Source: Proteobacteria bacterium UBA2136 (GTDB taxonomy: Bacteria > Pseudomonadota > Alphaproteobacteria > UBA2136). From it: 64,000 nt of DNA. Under the pieces are notes generated by a model that ran no database searches, had not been told where the DNA came from, and was given only the letters and a program-made list of their open reading frames with translations. The translations under genes were made by a program, and so were the position numbers. Shown one piece after another: positions 39,049 to 49,386 of the stretch; the first letter of the stretch is position 1; each line of letters begins with the position of its first letter. The stretch covers positions 104,913-168,912 of the forward strand of contig DCXM01000006.1 of NCBI GenBank assembly GCA_002328405.1, written 5' to 3'.

Positions 39049-39510
39049 ATGATGCCTTCACAATGCACTGAAGACCCTTCAATACCCTCACCCATCAACC
39101 AGAGCCTTGCCTGCGAAGACTCAAACATCAACCGTGTTTTTTGCAAAAGTGAAACGGGTAACATTCAAACGTACTGTTACCAAGATTACTTAAAAAACAC
39201 CGATGACTGGCCATTAAGCAACTGCGGTCAATTTCACATTGGCCCCACCGAAAAAAAGAACATACGCCGTTATGTTACCTTTTTTTACCGCGGCGGTTTT
39301 AAGTCATGCGACTTAATGTACGGCATGGCCACTTTAGAGAAAAAAGCCTGCGTTAAAACCAAACGCATTTTTTATACCCTCACCATGGAGCCTGACCTGA
39401 CACAAGTGACATGGCTTGATAAGTATCTGGTGAAAGACATTATTGCAGTGGATGATAACAGCAATGCAGCTGACCCCTTTTACAGGGAACCCGCCATATT
39501 AACGCTTTAA
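39049..39510 (+). CDS. hypothetical Cys-containing protein (153 aa)
   Basis: AAGGAA RBS; 9 Cys; followed by a terminator hairpin; no family recognised. Confidence 0.45.
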   Translation: MMPSQCTEDPSIPSPINQSLACEDSNINRVFCKSETGNIQTYCYQDYLKNTDDWPLSNCGQFHIGPTEKKNIRRYVTFFYRGGFKSCDLMYGMATLEKKACVKTKRIFYTLTMEPDLTQVTWLDKYLVKDIIAVDDNSNAADPFYREPAILTL

Positions 39511-39536
39511 TGCCACACCTTGATTGAACGATGTAA

Positions 39537-39565
39537 GAAGCCCTCATATTTGAGGGCTTTTTGTT
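39537..39565 (+). terminator. rho-independent terminator
   Basis: gaagccctcatatttgagggcttttt. Confidence 0.5.
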
Positions 39566-39569
39566 TGCT

Positions 39570-39601
39570 CAAAAAAAAGCACCCGATGGGTGCTTTTTTT
39601 A
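39570..39601. terminator. bidirectional terminator downstream of pnp
   Basis: aaaaaaaagcacccgatgggtgcttttttt. The stem is near-identical to the 43170-43203 terminator. Confidence 0.5.
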
Positions 39602-39607
39602 TAAAAA

Positions 39608-41809
39608 TTACGCGCTGCGACGTGGACGACGATCCTTACGATCTTTTCTGTCGTTGTCTTTACGCTCTGGACGTGGCTGGTCACCACCTTCTTCTGCTGC
39701 TTTGATTTTCGCCGCAACAGCTTCGTTTTGGTCTTGACCTTTCATGGTCAAACGCACTTTACCGCGCTCGTCCACTTCCATGCAGTGTACAGTTACTTCG
39801 TCACCTTCTGCGAGGACAGAGTCCACAGTGCCAAGGCGTACGTTGCAAATTTCACTGATGTGTACCAAGCCATCTTGGTTTGGAAGAATGCTTACAAACG
39901 CACCAAAGTCTGCAATACGCACAACTTTACCTGTGTAAGTTTGGCCTGCTTCCGCTTCCGCCAAAATGTCTTCAATCATCTTCACAGCCGCTTTCAAGCC
40001 TTCTGCATTTTCAGAAGATACACGGCAAGAACCATCATCTTCAATGTCCACAGCAGCGCCTGTTTCTTCAATGATACCGCGGATAACTTTACCGCCTGTA
40101 CCAATTACTTCACGGATTTTGTCCACTGGAATTTGCAAGCTGTGCATTTGTGGTGCTGTGTCAGAAACTGTACCACGGCTTTCTTGGATTGCTTCAGCCA
40201 TTTTTGTAAGAATGTGCAAACGACCTGTTTTAGCTTGCGCCATTGCTTTTTCAAAAATTTCTTTGGTAATCGATGTAATCTTGATATCCATCTGCAAAGC
40301 TGTAATACCTTTTTCGGTACCACAAACTTTAAAGTCCATATCACCCAAAGCGTCTTCATCGCCCAAAATATCTGAAAGAATGGCAAAGTCATCACCTTCC
40401 TTAATAAGACCCATAGCAATACCAGCAACAGGGCGAGGCATTGGGACACCAGCAGCCATCAAACTCATGGAAGATGCACAAACTGTACCCATAGAAGAAG
40501 AACCGTTACAAGATAGAACTTCTGCAACCACACGTGTTGTGTAAGGCCATTCTTCTTTGCTTGGCAACATAGCTGTCAAAGCACGACGTGCCAACATACC
40601 ATGACCATATTCACGGCGAGATGTACCGCCCATACGGCCTACTTCACCCACAGAGTATGGAGGGAAGTTGTAGTGCAACATAAAGTGATCTTTGTATTCG
40701 CCTTCAATAGCGTCCACAATCTGCTCGTCACGGCCTGTGCCCAAAGTGGTCACACCCAGCACCTGCGTTTCACCACGGGTAAACAAAGCTGAACCGTGAA
40801 CACGGTTTAGAACGTCCACTTCACAGATGATTGGACGAATTTCGTCCGCCTTACGGCCACCAATACGCTTGCCATTTTCCAAAATGTTCGCACGTAGTAG
40901 TTCACCTTCAAGTTCTTTCATTTGTGCTTTTACAAGGTCTGCGCTGTACTCAGCATCATCACCTGTTGCAAAGGCTTCAACCGCTGCTTCTTTTACAGCG
41001 CTCATCGCATCTTTACGGTCCCACTTATCAGCGTGTTCGTATGCTTTTTGAACATCGGCACTGAATTTTTCTTTCAGTTTGCCAAAAAGTTCGCTGTGGT
41101 CAGGTGTTTCAAATTCGTAACCTGGTTTTGCACAAGCTTCAGCCAATTCAATAATCGCATCAATCACAGCTTGGTATTCATCTTTCGCAAACATAATCGC
41201 ACCCAACATCTGATCTTCAGAAAGTTCAGAAGCAGAAGACTCAACCATTGTTACACCTTCAGATGTACCAGCAACAGTCAACTTAAGGTCTGTTTCGTCA
41301 ATCACATCCATGGTTGGGTTTAAGATGTATTCGCCATCTTTAAAACCAACGTTGGCCGCAGCAATTGGACCAAGGAAAGGAATACCAGAAAGTGTCAGCG
41401 CTGCTGACGCACCAATCATCGCTGGGATATCACTGTCGTTTTCGCCATCAGATGCCAAAACAGTCAACACAACTTGTGTTTCGTTTTTGAAACCTTCTGG
41501 GAACAATGGGCGGATTGGACGGTCGATCAAACGAGATGTCAACGTCTCTTTTTCAGTTGGGCGGCCTTCACGGCGGAAGAAACCACCAGGGATTTTACCA
41601 CCAGCGTAGAATTTTTCTGTGTAGTTTACGGTCAGTGGGAAGAAGTCTTGGCCTTCTTTCATAGATTTAGCAAAAGTTACAGCCGCAAGCACCTGTGTGC
41701 CACCGTATGTTACCATAACTGCGCCATCAGCTTGGCGGGCCATTTTACCTGTTTCAATGGTTAATGGACGACCGCCCCATTCCATTTCTTTTTTGAAAAT
41801 TTTAAACAT
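39608..41809 (-). CDS. pnp: polyribonucleotide nucleotidyltransferase (PNPase)
   Basis: 733 aa; two RNase PH domains, KH and S1 domains, Arg/Asp/Lys-rich C-terminal tail. Confidence 0.95.
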   Translation of the reverse strand: MFKIFKKEMEWGGRPLTIETGKMARQADGAVMVTYGGTQVLAAVTFAKSMKEGQDFFPLTVNYTEKFYAGGKIPGGFFRREGRPTEKETLTSRLIDRPIRPLFPEGFKNETQVVLTVLASDGENDSDIPAMIGASAALTLSGIPFLGPIAAANVGFKDGEYILNPTMDVIDETDLKLTVAGTSEGVTMVESSASELSEDQMLGAIMFAKDEYQAVIDAIIELAEACAKPGYEFETPDHSELFGKLKEKFSADVQKAYEHADKWDRKDAMSAVKEAAVEAFATGDDAEYSADLVKAQMKELEGELLRANILENGKRIGGRKADEIRPIICEVDVLNRVHGSALFTRGETQVLGVTTLGTGRDEQIVDAIEGEYKDHFMLHYNFPPYSVGEVGRMGGTSRREYGHGMLARRALTAMLPSKEEWPYTTRVVAEVLSCNGSSSMGTVCASSMSLMAAGVPMPRPVAGIAMGLIKEGDDFAILSDILGDEDALGDMDFKVCGTEKGITALQMDIKITSITKEIFEKAMAQAKTGRLHILTKMAEAIQESRGTVSDTAPQMHSLQIPVDKIREVIGTGGKVIRGIIEETGAAVDIEDDGSCRVSSENAEGLKAAVKMIEDILAEAEAGQTYTGKVVRIADFGAFVSILPNQDGLVHISEICNVRLGTVDSVLAEGDEVTVHCMEVDERGKVRLTMKGQDQNEAVAAKIKAAEEGGDQPRPERKDNDRKDRKDRRPRRSA

Positions 41810-42306
41810 TTTATTTCCTTAATTCATTTTTCAAAACGCCCTTTAGGTGAAGCGCTTCATCTAAAAACCCCATCAACTTTAAACTTAAGGCTTTTAAACG
41901 AAACTCTTCCACCCCAAAGAGCACAATTTTACCCACTCTTTATACTTCATTTAAGGCAAAATTTAAAGTGCTAAAACCAAACTGTCAGCTTTTTACAAGG
42001 GCAGTTTCAAGGCCTAGCCATAAGTTTTTAACTTTGACATTCAGAGTGGCAACTTGAAGGTGGCCATTCTGGTTACCGTTTTCAAGGTCACTTTGTGACT
42101 TTAACAATTATTTTGTGCGATTTATCGCACTTATTGACATATCAGAATTTATTCATGAATCAACTAGATGAGATAAGATTTTACTTGTTTGAAGGCTGTG
42201 GAAACGCCAGTGTATTTAACAATACACGCGTCCCGCAATATCTGAAAAACAAGAAAAAGATTGCTCATATAGAGTTTCAAGGAAAATTCTGCAACAGGAG
42301 AAACTT

Positions 42307-43146
42307 ATGTCAAACGTAACAGGTAGTACACAAAACAGCTGGGGATCTTTGTTAGTTGGCATGCTTGCAAAGGCGGAGATTGATGAATCCATCAGTCAAT
42401 TCAACCCAAAACCAGCGACCTTAAAGTTCGGGCGTTCAAAGCACCCAACAGGGTTTGGCGAACAACAGCAACGTGAAGCGCGTACACACCGTACGCACTG
42501 GAGCGATTGCATGGACGCTGACCGCATCGTGCGTTTCAAGTCTGCCAACGCACCTTCCATTGAAGAAGGCTTGGCAGAGTATGAAGAGACGCGTTGTTTG
42601 GGCGGTTACACCTCAACAAAAGCTGCTTACGCAGATTGCGCAAAGGAATACCTCCTATCGCAACACTCTTTGGAGTATCCTGATGAACAGGCCATGCTGG
42701 AACAATATGGTCGATTCCTGCTCAATCATGGTTATATTGAATGCCAAGAAACTCATTATTTCGCCAACTTCGTACCTTTTGAACACCTTCCACGTGATGG
42801 GCATATGCCTAAAGCATGGAAAGAATTTCAAAACGAACAACGAAACAAAGAGTATCAAGAACACATAGCATTCTGCGAAGATCATGGAATGATGTGCGAT
42901 GATGACCTTGACGGTTACTGGAATTCAGACAGCCGAACCGAAATGGAATTAGATGATTTTGATGACATGTCTAACTTCATGGAAAGCAATGCACCTGCGC
43001 ATACTTACGTTGCGCCGCTTCCTGCGGACAACAAAGTACGTGCTTGGTATGCTGGTAAAGGTAAAGTCGCAAGGCTGACCCAGCGTCAGTACACAGCCGA
43101 TTGTGGCCAGCCTGTCCCTGAAGGTTATGATCCTTACGAGGATTAA
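42307..43146 (+). CDS. hypothetical acidic protein (279 aa) inserted between pnp and rpsO
   Basis: CAGGAG RBS; Asp/Glu-rich C-terminus; no family recognised. Opposite strand to the surrounding operon. Confidence 0.45.
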   Translation: MSNVTGSTQNSWGSLLVGMLAKAEIDESISQFNPKPATLKFGRSKHPTGFGEQQQREARTHRTHWSDCMDADRIVRFKSANAPSIEEGLAEYEETRCLGGYTSTKAAYADCAKEYLLSQHSLEYPDEQAMLEQYGRFLLNHGYIECQETHYFANFVPFEHLPRDGHMPKAWKEFQNEQRNKEYQEHIAFCEDHGMMCDDDLDGYWNSDSRTEMELDDFDDMSNFMESNAPAHTYVAPLPADNKVRAWYAGKGKVARLTQRQYTADCGQPVPEGYDPYED

Positions 43147-43169
43147 ACCTGAACAGAAACATTTAGCGA

Positions 43170-43203
43170 AAAAAGAAAAGAGCACCCGAGGGTGCTCTTT
43201 TTA
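43170..43203. terminator. bidirectional rho-independent terminator
   Basis: gaaaagagcacccgagggtgctcttttt between convergent genes. Confidence 0.5.
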
Positions 43204-43222
43204 TATCGAAACAAAGCTTATT

Positions 43223-43576
43223 TTAGTCGCCAAAAATACCAAACAAGCGTGGATCTGCTTCGCAATATCCTTTGTCATGGTAACAATTGGCATAATACCA
43301 CTTTTCTTCACCATTTGGCTTGCGTACTTCAATTTCACAATCCACTTCGCTGTATTCGTCATCATCTGCGTCGCATTCAAGACCACCAATATGCTCCATA
43401 CCTTGTTCGTGCACATGACGCACCAAAAGCTGCTTGGCAATTTGTTCACGCTCGCCAGGCCAAACATACGGGCCAGAAACAATAAACCAAGAGCCATAAG
43501 CAATCGCGCATAACACTCCAATAATAACCAACACAACTATCAGCTCAATCAACGTAAAACCTTTTGAATTTTTCAT
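43223..43576 (-). CDS. type IV prepilin-like protein (prepilin-type N-terminal cleavage/methylation domain), orphan
   Basis: Met30 of the track ORF gives MKNSKGFTLIELIVVLVIIGVLCAIA, the class III signal peptide (G|FTLIE) shared by type IV pilins and T2SS pseudopilins. C-terminal domain has 4 Cys. Confidence 0.6.
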   Translation of the reverse strand: MKNSKGFTLIELIVVLVIIGVLCAIAYGSWFIVSGPYVWPGEREQIAKQLLVRHVHEQGMEHIGGLECDADDDEYSEVDCEIEVRKPNGEEKWYYANCYHDKGYCEADPRLFGIFGD

Positions 43577-43727
43577 GTAAGAATTTTCCTTAAAAAAGAA
43601 ATGAAAAGACAAGGTGTTCCCTAAGAACAAATTTGTTTTAAGAACCACACAGCCTTTTTTCAAGCCCTAAACACAAAAAAGGCCGCCTTAAAAGCAGCCT
43701 TTTTACAGTTTGAAACCTTAAGATTTC

Positions 43728-43997
43728 TTACTTACGCAAGCCAAGCTCTTTGATCAAAGCCGTGTAACGGTCTTGGTCTTTACCTTTCAGGTAGCCCAAG
43801 ATCTTACGACGGTTGTTTACAAGAGCAATCAAACCACGACGAGAGTGCTTATCTTGCTTGTGAGACTTAAAGTGCTCAGTCAAGTTGGCAATACGTGTTG
43901 TTAGAATTGCAACCTGCACTTCAGGAGAACCAACATCACCTTCGGCACGTGCAAATTTTTTGATCAGTTTTTGCTTATCAGCAGCTGTAATAGACAT
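43728..43997 (-). CDS. rpsO: 30S ribosomal protein S15
   Basis: 89 aa; canonical S15 (…[34 protein letters not shown]…). Confidence 0.9.
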   Translation of the reverse strand: MSITAADKQKLIKKFARAEGDVGSPEVQVAILTTRIANLTEHFKSHKQDKHSRRGLIALVNNRRKILGYLKGKDQDRYTALIKELGLRK

Positions 43998-44028
43998 AAT
44001 ATTTTTTCCTTACATGTCGATATCGTTA

Positions 44029-44952
44029 TCATTTTTCAAACAAAAGTGGGAAGTTTTTTTGCGGCTTTGCAACTGCATTATCCAACATTGCCAAGCTAAC
44101 CAACAAACCACATTTTGTTTTTAACCGCACCATTTGGCCTGTGCTTAAACCGTGGTCACCCTTCAGTTCAAGCGCTTGACCATTTAACACGGTTTGCGCT
44201 TCATCCTTAGAAATGGTGTAAACCGGGATATCGTCCAGTACATAATCCACATCCAAAAGATAAGTTTGGGCACTTTGCCCCATTTTTGTGCATAAATCAA
44301 GTTTTTCTTGCGTTACCGCTTGCGATATTAAAAAAGGTGGCACTTTGGTACGCACCAACACACTCACAAAAGCAAAACAACCGAGTGCCCGACCAATGTC
44401 CCGACAAAGGGACCGCACATACGTCCCCTTACTAACATGGACATTCAGCGTCGCTTTATCCGTGTCAAAACTTTCCAATTCTATATTAAAAATGGTGACA
44501 TCTCTAGGTGCAAGCTCCACCGTTTCACCTGCACGGGCACGGTCACAAGCACGCTTGCCGTTCACCTTCAATGCGCTGTAAACCGGGGGCATTTGCGAAA
44601 TTTCACCTTGAAAGTTCGCCATCACATCAAGCAACTCTTCTTGGCTCGGGCGATTGTCTGAAACTTGAACCACCTCGCCTTCGGCATCATCGGTGTCACG
44701 TTCCGCGCCAAAGGTCATTTCAAATTGGTAATGTTTATCTTCCGCCAACATATAAGAAAGTGTCTTGGTCGCCTCGCCCAAAGCAATCGGCAACACCCCT
44801 TCAGCCAACGGGTCTAATGTCCCCCCGTGACCGGCCTTTTTGGCATCAAACAAACGACGCACATATCCCACAGCTGCGTTCGAGCTCATGCCTTTGGGTT
44901 TATAAAAATTCACAAAACCGTGAATATCTTGACCTTTTTTACGCCTTGCCAC
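44029..44952 (-). CDS. truB: tRNA pseudouridine(55) synthase
   Basis: 307 aa; TruB catalytic motif GHGGTLDPLAEGVLPI. Confidence 0.9.
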   Translation of the reverse strand: MARRKKGQDIHGFVNFYKPKGMSSNAAVGYVRRLFDAKKAGHGGTLDPLAEGVLPIALGEATKTLSYMLAEDKHYQFEMTFGAERDTDDAEGEVVQVSDNRPSQEELLDVMANFQGEISQMPPVYSALKVNGKRACDRARAGETVELAPRDVTIFNIELESFDTDKATLNVHVSKGTYVRSLCRDIGRALGCFAFVSVLVRTKVPPFLISQAVTQEKLDLCTKMGQSAQTYLLDVDYVLDDIPVYTISKDEAQTVLNGQALELKGDHGLSTGQMVRLKTKCGLLVSLAMLDNAVAKPQKNFPLLFEK

Positions 44953-44964
44953 AATACACCTATT

Positions 44965-45285
44965 TTATTTTTGGAATTTGATAATGCACATTTCAATGTC
45001 CGTGTCACAATACACATCTTGAATTGGGGGCTCTAAATACTTGGGGCAATATGGCATTTTTTGACTGGCCAATTGAAAGTGACATTCAGCGTCATTTTTA
45101 AAATCTTGATGAACGGCTGCACTGCTGCCACAAGTACCCTTAATAACCACACAGTCTGCATCTTGTTTGCAAGACTTCCATTCAGGTTGATATTCATCAT
45201 CCACCCGACCATCGCAACCATATACATCCTGAGGTTTTGAAGAAATCAAAAAAAACAAAAGCAACACAACTCTATGTAAACGCAT
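44965..45285 (-). CDS. hypothetical secreted Cys-rich protein (8 Cys)
   Basis: Signal peptide MRLHRVVLLLFFLISS from Met7 of the track ORF; abuts the stop of the upstream gene. Confidence 0.4.
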   Translation of the reverse strand: MRLHRVVLLLFFLISSKPQDVYGCDGRVDDEYQPEWKSCKQDADCVVIKGTCGSSAAVHQDFKNDAECHFQLASQKMPYCPKYLEPPIQDVYCDTDIEMCIIKFQK

Positions 45286-45286
45286 A

Positions 45287-45688
45287 TCAAACTTTCTTCG
45301 CATTTAAGTTTGCCATCAAATCAATCGACTCATGATTAACATCATCCAATCTTCTGAGCTCCATTTCAAGCTCTTGCCTAAGTGTCAAAATCTCACGCTC
45401 CAATTCCTTTATTCGATTCTCAGGCAAGTTTTGCCTTTTTGTGACAACATACTTCAAACACCTAACAACACCATAAACACTAATCAGAATCCAGCTTAAT
45501 TGAATAAACATCGACCCTGCATTAAAGTCCTTTAGCAATGAAATTGCCACAAGCAAAGCTGAGAACAAATTCAACAACGAATAACTCATCGTTTTAGCAT
45601 AATCCCTTTTAAGCTGTAAAAGAGCATATGACAACAAATAACCAAAAGCGCCACACATGCCAACAAGGCTATACAAAGTCAACTCCAT
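45287..45688 (-). CDS. hypothetical membrane protein with C-terminal coiled-coil (133 aa)
   Basis: Three predicted TM helices, then KELEREILTLRQELEMELRRL; inserted between rbfA and truB. Confidence 0.4.
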   Translation of the reverse strand: MELTLYSLVGMCGAFGYLLSYALLQLKRDYAKTMSYSLLNLFSALLVAISLLKDFNAGSMFIQLSWILISVYGVVRCLKYVVTKRQNLPENRIKELEREILTLRQELEMELRRLDDVNHESIDLMANLNAKKV

Positions 45689-45770
45689 GATAACTCCTTA
45701 TAAAAACAAAACAGTCCTAAACATATACACAAGAAAGAAAGTTACTTTTTAAAAGAACTGACAATCGCAG

Positions 45771-46151
45771 TTATGCACCCACGCCAATTTGATTAAAAAG
45801 TGCTTCAATGCGTGCTGTGCGTGCTGTGTCTTCATCCGGAATAAATTTCAGACGTGGCGTACTTTTACGGCTAAATTTCGTCAGTTCTTGCTGGAATCGG
45901 AACGCCTCTGCATTCAAGGCTTTGGCCACTTCTTTGGTCATATCCTGATCCGCATCATTCAAGGTTGTAAAGAAAACACGGGCGTTGCGCAGGTCTGGGC
46001 TAATCCACACGTGAGGAATAGAGATCATCCCGTCAATCAGTGGGTTTTTAAAGCCGCCTTTGGACAAACTTTGACCCAGAGCTTCACGAATTTGCTCTGC
46101 CACACGCTCTTGCCTTACGGACATTTCTTTCATTGTATCAACCTCATTCAA
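45771..46151 (-). CDS. rbfA: ribosome-binding factor A
   Basis: RbfA core (…RVAEQIREAL… ISIPHVWISPDLRNARVFFT…); conserved position downstream of infB. Confidence 0.85.
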   Translation of the reverse strand: MNEVDTMKEMSVRQERVAEQIREALGQSLSKGGFKNPLIDGMISIPHVWISPDLRNARVFFTTLNDADQDMTKEVAKALNAEAFRFQQELTKFSRKSTPRLKFIPDEDTARTARIEALFNQIGVGA

Positions 46152-46292
46152 TTTTTAAGTTACCTTTTAAGTAAGCAAGGTGTATACCACAATCAAGTCA
46201 AAAATAAAACTTTTTCAAATTTTACAAATCAACCGAGTTGCTCAAAACAAAAAAGCGCCCGAAGGCGCCTTTTTATATAAACAGCCAAAAGC

Positions 46293-48809
46293 TTAGCTTT
46301 CAGCGTCCATCATTGCTTGAAGTTCCGCTTCTTCACGGGCTGCTTTGGCAGCCGCTTCTTTATCAGCTTGTGCTTTTTTCACATCTTCAAGGGTACGTTT
46401 AACTTCCACCATTTCATAGGCCTCCACTTCATCACCTTCTTTGATGTCGTCAAAGTTGGCAAAGGTTAAACCACACTCGTAGTTTTCTGCCACCTCTTTC
46501 ACATCATCCTTAAAGCGGCGCAAGGTATCAATTTCACCTTCATGCACAACCACACCGTCACGCACAATACGGATCTTACCGTTACGGATCAACTTACCTT
46601 CTGTCACATAACAACCAGAGATCTTGAACTTGTTGATCAACATCACTTGACGAATTTCCGCACGGCCAATCACCTTCTCTTCATATTCAGGAGAAAGGAG
46701 ACCCGTCAGCGCAGCTTTTACATCGTCCATCAAATTGTAAATCACGCTGTAGTAACGCACTTCAATACCTTCACGCTCCGAAGCGGTACGCGCTTGAGCA
46801 TTGGCACGGACGTTAAAGCCAAGGATCAACGCATCTGAAGCCGAGGCCAAGTTCACGTCGTTTTCGGTAATAACACCCACCGCACCGTGAATCACTTGAA
46901 CCTTCACTTCATCTGTTGCCAGCTTGTTCAAGGCATCGGTAATCGCCTCAACAGAACCTTGCACGTCTGCCTTCACAACAACAGAAAGTTTAACCACTTC
47001 ACCTTCAGCAATTTTGCTAAACAATGATTCAAGTGAAGCTTTAGAACCAACCATCGCTTTTTCACGCTTTTTCTGCTCACGGAAGGCAGCCACTTCACGG
47101 GCACGACGATCATTTGGCGCCACTTGGAAACCATCACCTGCATCACAAACGGACTGCAAACCTTGAATTTCAACCGGCGTTGCTGGGCCAGCCTCTGTCA
47201 ATTTATTCCCTTTGTCGTCCATCATCGCACGGACACGGCCCCAAATGGAACCCGCCACAAACACATCACCAACACGCAATGTACCACGATTTACAATGAT
47301 AGAAGCAATCGGACCACGCCCTTTATCCAAGCGGGATTCCACAACCACACCGTCGGCACGGCGGTCGGGGTTGGCTTGAAGTTCCAACACGTCCGCTTGC
47401 AGCAGAATCATTTCTTCCAAGTGCTCCAATCCTGTGCCAGCTTTTGCTGAAATTTCACAGCAAACAATGTCACCACCAAAGTCTTCTGGCACAAGGTCGT
47501 GGCTCAAAAGCTCTTGTTTAACACGGTCAGGGTTCGCTTCTGGTTTATCACATTTGTTAATCGCCACAATAATTGGCACTTCCGCCGCTTTCGCGTGGCG
47601 GATCGCTTCAACAGTTTGTGGCATAATGCCGTCATCTGCTGCCACAATCAAAATGACAATATCAGTCACAGATGCACCACGGGCACGCATGGAGGTAAAC
47701 GCCTCGTGACCTGGTGTATCCAAGAAAGTGATCAAACGGCCAGACTCGGTACGAATTTGATACGCACCAATGTGCTGTGTAATACCACCAGCTTCACCGT
47801 CCACCACGTGTGTTTTACGCAAAGCGTCTAACAAAGATGTTTTACCATGGTCAACGTGACCCATTACCGTCACCACAGGAGGGCGCTCGGAAAGTTCATC
47901 TTTTTTATCTTCGTTGCCCACCAAATCTTCTTCAATGTCGCTGTCGCTCACCAATTTGTAGGTGTGGCCAAACTCTTCCACAATCAAAGCGGCTGTTTCT
48001 TGGTCGATCGACTGGTTTTGTGTCACCATCTGGCCCATCATCATCAACTTCTTGACTACATCTGCCACTTTTTCGGACATACGGCTTGCCAGCTCTTGCA
48101 CGGTGATGATATCTGGGATCACCACTTCACGGATCACCTTCTCGGCAGACTGTTCAGAGCCACCGTATTTTTTCACCTTTTGACGGCGTGTGCCGTGCAT
48201 GCCACGCATCCGCGTTTCCAAACCTTCAAGGTAAGCATTACGGCCGCCACGTTTTTTGTTGCCAGCAGGCGCAGCTTTACCAGCGGGTGCTTTTTTCTTA
48301 CCCGAGGTAAATTCTTCCGCTGTAAAACGCTTGGAACTGCCTTTTTGATCAACCGATGCAGCCACTTGCTGCTCAGCCAATTCTTGCTTACGGCGCTCTT
48401 CTTCTTGTTTTTCTTTGTCTGGAGTTGCTTGCGCTTCCGCTTCTTTTTGCTTGGCTTCTTCTAAAGCCTTGCGTGCTTCTTGCTTTTGCTGAGACTCTGC
48501 CTCCTTTTGCGCTTTAAGGGCTTTGAGTTCTTCAGCGCGTTTGCGCTCTTCTTCACGGCGCTTTTCTTCCAGCACTTCATTTTCTTTAGCTTTTTCCAAC
48601 ACTTTTAGGCGCTGGTCCAGCTCGCTGTTACCAGAAGGCTTTGCAGGACCTTCACTTTGTGACTGACTAGGTGATGTATTAAAACGACGACGTTTCACTT
48701 CGACAGAAACACCCGACTTAGAGCCACTGCTTTTACCAGAGCTCCCCAGACTTAATGTTCCACCTAAGCTTAACGTTCCTTTTTTTGTACCTTTATCAGA
48801 ATCTGTCAT
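46293..48809 (-). CDS. infB: translation initiation factor IF-2
   Basis: 838 aa; GTPase G-domain (GHVDHGKTSLLD, DTPGH, NKCD), charged repetitive N-terminal region. Confidence 0.95.
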   Translation of the reverse strand: MTDSDKGTKKGTLSLGGTLSLGSSGKSSGSKSGVSVEVKRRRFNTSPSQSQSEGPAKPSGNSELDQRLKVLEKAKENEVLEEKRREEERKRAEELKALKAQKEAESQQKQEARKALEEAKQKEAEAQATPDKEKQEEERRKQELAEQQVAASVDQKGSSKRFTAEEFTSGKKKAPAGKAAPAGNKKRGGRNAYLEGLETRMRGMHGTRRQKVKKYGGSEQSAEKVIREVVIPDIITVQELASRMSEKVADVVKKLMMMGQMVTQNQSIDQETAALIVEEFGHTYKLVSDSDIEEDLVGNEDKKDELSERPPVVTVMGHVDHGKTSLLDALRKTHVVDGEAGGITQHIGAYQIRTESGRLITFLDTPGHEAFTSMRARGASVTDIVILIVAADDGIMPQTVEAIRHAKAAEVPIIVAINKCDKPEANPDRVKQELLSHDLVPEDFGGDIVCCEISAKAGTGLEHLEEMILLQADVLELQANPDRRADGVVVESRLDKGRGPIASIIVNRGTLRVGDVFVAGSIWGRVRAMMDDKGNKLTEAGPATPVEIQGLQSVCDAGDGFQVAPNDRRAREVAAFREQKKREKAMVGSKASLESLFSKIAEGEVVKLSVVVKADVQGSVEAITDALNKLATDEVKVQVIHGAVGVITENDVNLASASDALILGFNVRANAQARTASEREGIEVRYYSVIYNLMDDVKAALTGLLSPEYEEKVIGRAEIRQVMLINKFKISGCYVTEGKLIRNGKIRIVRDGVVVHEGEIDTLRRFKDDVKEVAENYECGLTFANFDDIKEGDEVEAYEMVEVKRTLEDVKKAQADKEAAAKAAREEAELQAMMDAES

Positions 48810-48824
48810 TCATCACCTCATCAT

Positions 48825-49367
48825 TTAATCAATCAAAGCTTTATATTTACTATACACGTTTAAAAGACAATCAGCTTCTTTTTTGTCTTCCACACCAACC
48901 AAGCTTACATTGTGTTGGCCCAGTGCATTTTCAAGGTCTAAACTTGTTACACCATGACATAACATAATTTGCCAAGAATGTACACGTTTTGAAACATCTT
49001 TGCCAGCATCGCTCGCCAACACCAACGCTTTTAGGGGTTTTGTAGCCATGCGCTCTTGAACCTTTGGCAGTCCCACCACAATCGAGCCAGACTTTTTAAG
49101 CAAAGAAAGTGTCTGTAAAAAATGCTTCTTCAAAGCATTTTCAACCGCATTCTTCATATTACCTGCCACGGTTACACCCGAACCCTCAGCCAACTGCTGT
49201 TGCAAAAACTGCTGCAAGCAATCCTTGGTTGCCGGGATGTAAAAAGATTTTTGCGCCGGCGCTTTTTCGTGTAGGTCAAACCACAGGTTGTTTTGGTCAT
49301 CCAAAACAAAGCGCAAGCGCTCCTCTTTTGTTAAGCTTTCACTTTCAAAAAGAAACACTTGCGACAT
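48825..49367 (-). CDS. YlxR(DUF448)/L7Ae-like fusion RNA-binding protein of the nusA-infB operon
   Basis: 180 aa between nusA and infB. C-terminal part resembles L7Ae-family proteins (…GSIVVGLPKVQERMATKPLKALVLASDAGKDV…), the arrangement typical of alphaproteobacteria. Confidence 0.55.
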   Translation of the reverse strand: MSQVFLFESESLTKEERLRFVLDDQNNLWFDLHEKAPAQKSFYIPATKDCLQQFLQQQLAEGSGVTVAGNMKNAVENALKKHFLQTLSLLKKSGSIVVGLPKVQERMATKPLKALVLASDAGKDVSKRVHSWQIMLCHGVTSLDLENALGQHNVSLVGVEDKKEADCLLNVYSKYKALID

Positions 49368-49386
49368 ATGCCTCGCCTTTCAACAA

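Noticed and set aside
38871-39164. 97-aa minus-strand ORF overlapping the start of the 39049 gene
   Set aside because: It is antisense to two plus-strand ORFs that have RBSs and a terminator, and it has no ribosome-binding site or conserved features.
39728-40375. 215-aa plus-strand ORF
   Set aside because: It is entirely antisense within pnp, a typical shadow ORF of a long gene on the other strand.
41810-42306. 95-aa ORF (42095-42319) and structured region upstream of pnp
   Set aside because: This is likely the pnp 5'-UTR/autoregulatory leader with small hairpins (ggtgaagcgcttcatc, gtgcgatttatcgcac). The ORF has no RBS and overlaps the start of the 42307 gene.
47847-48464. 205-aa plus-strand ORF
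   Set aside because: It is antisense within infB and His/Phe-rich (a codon-shadow artefact).
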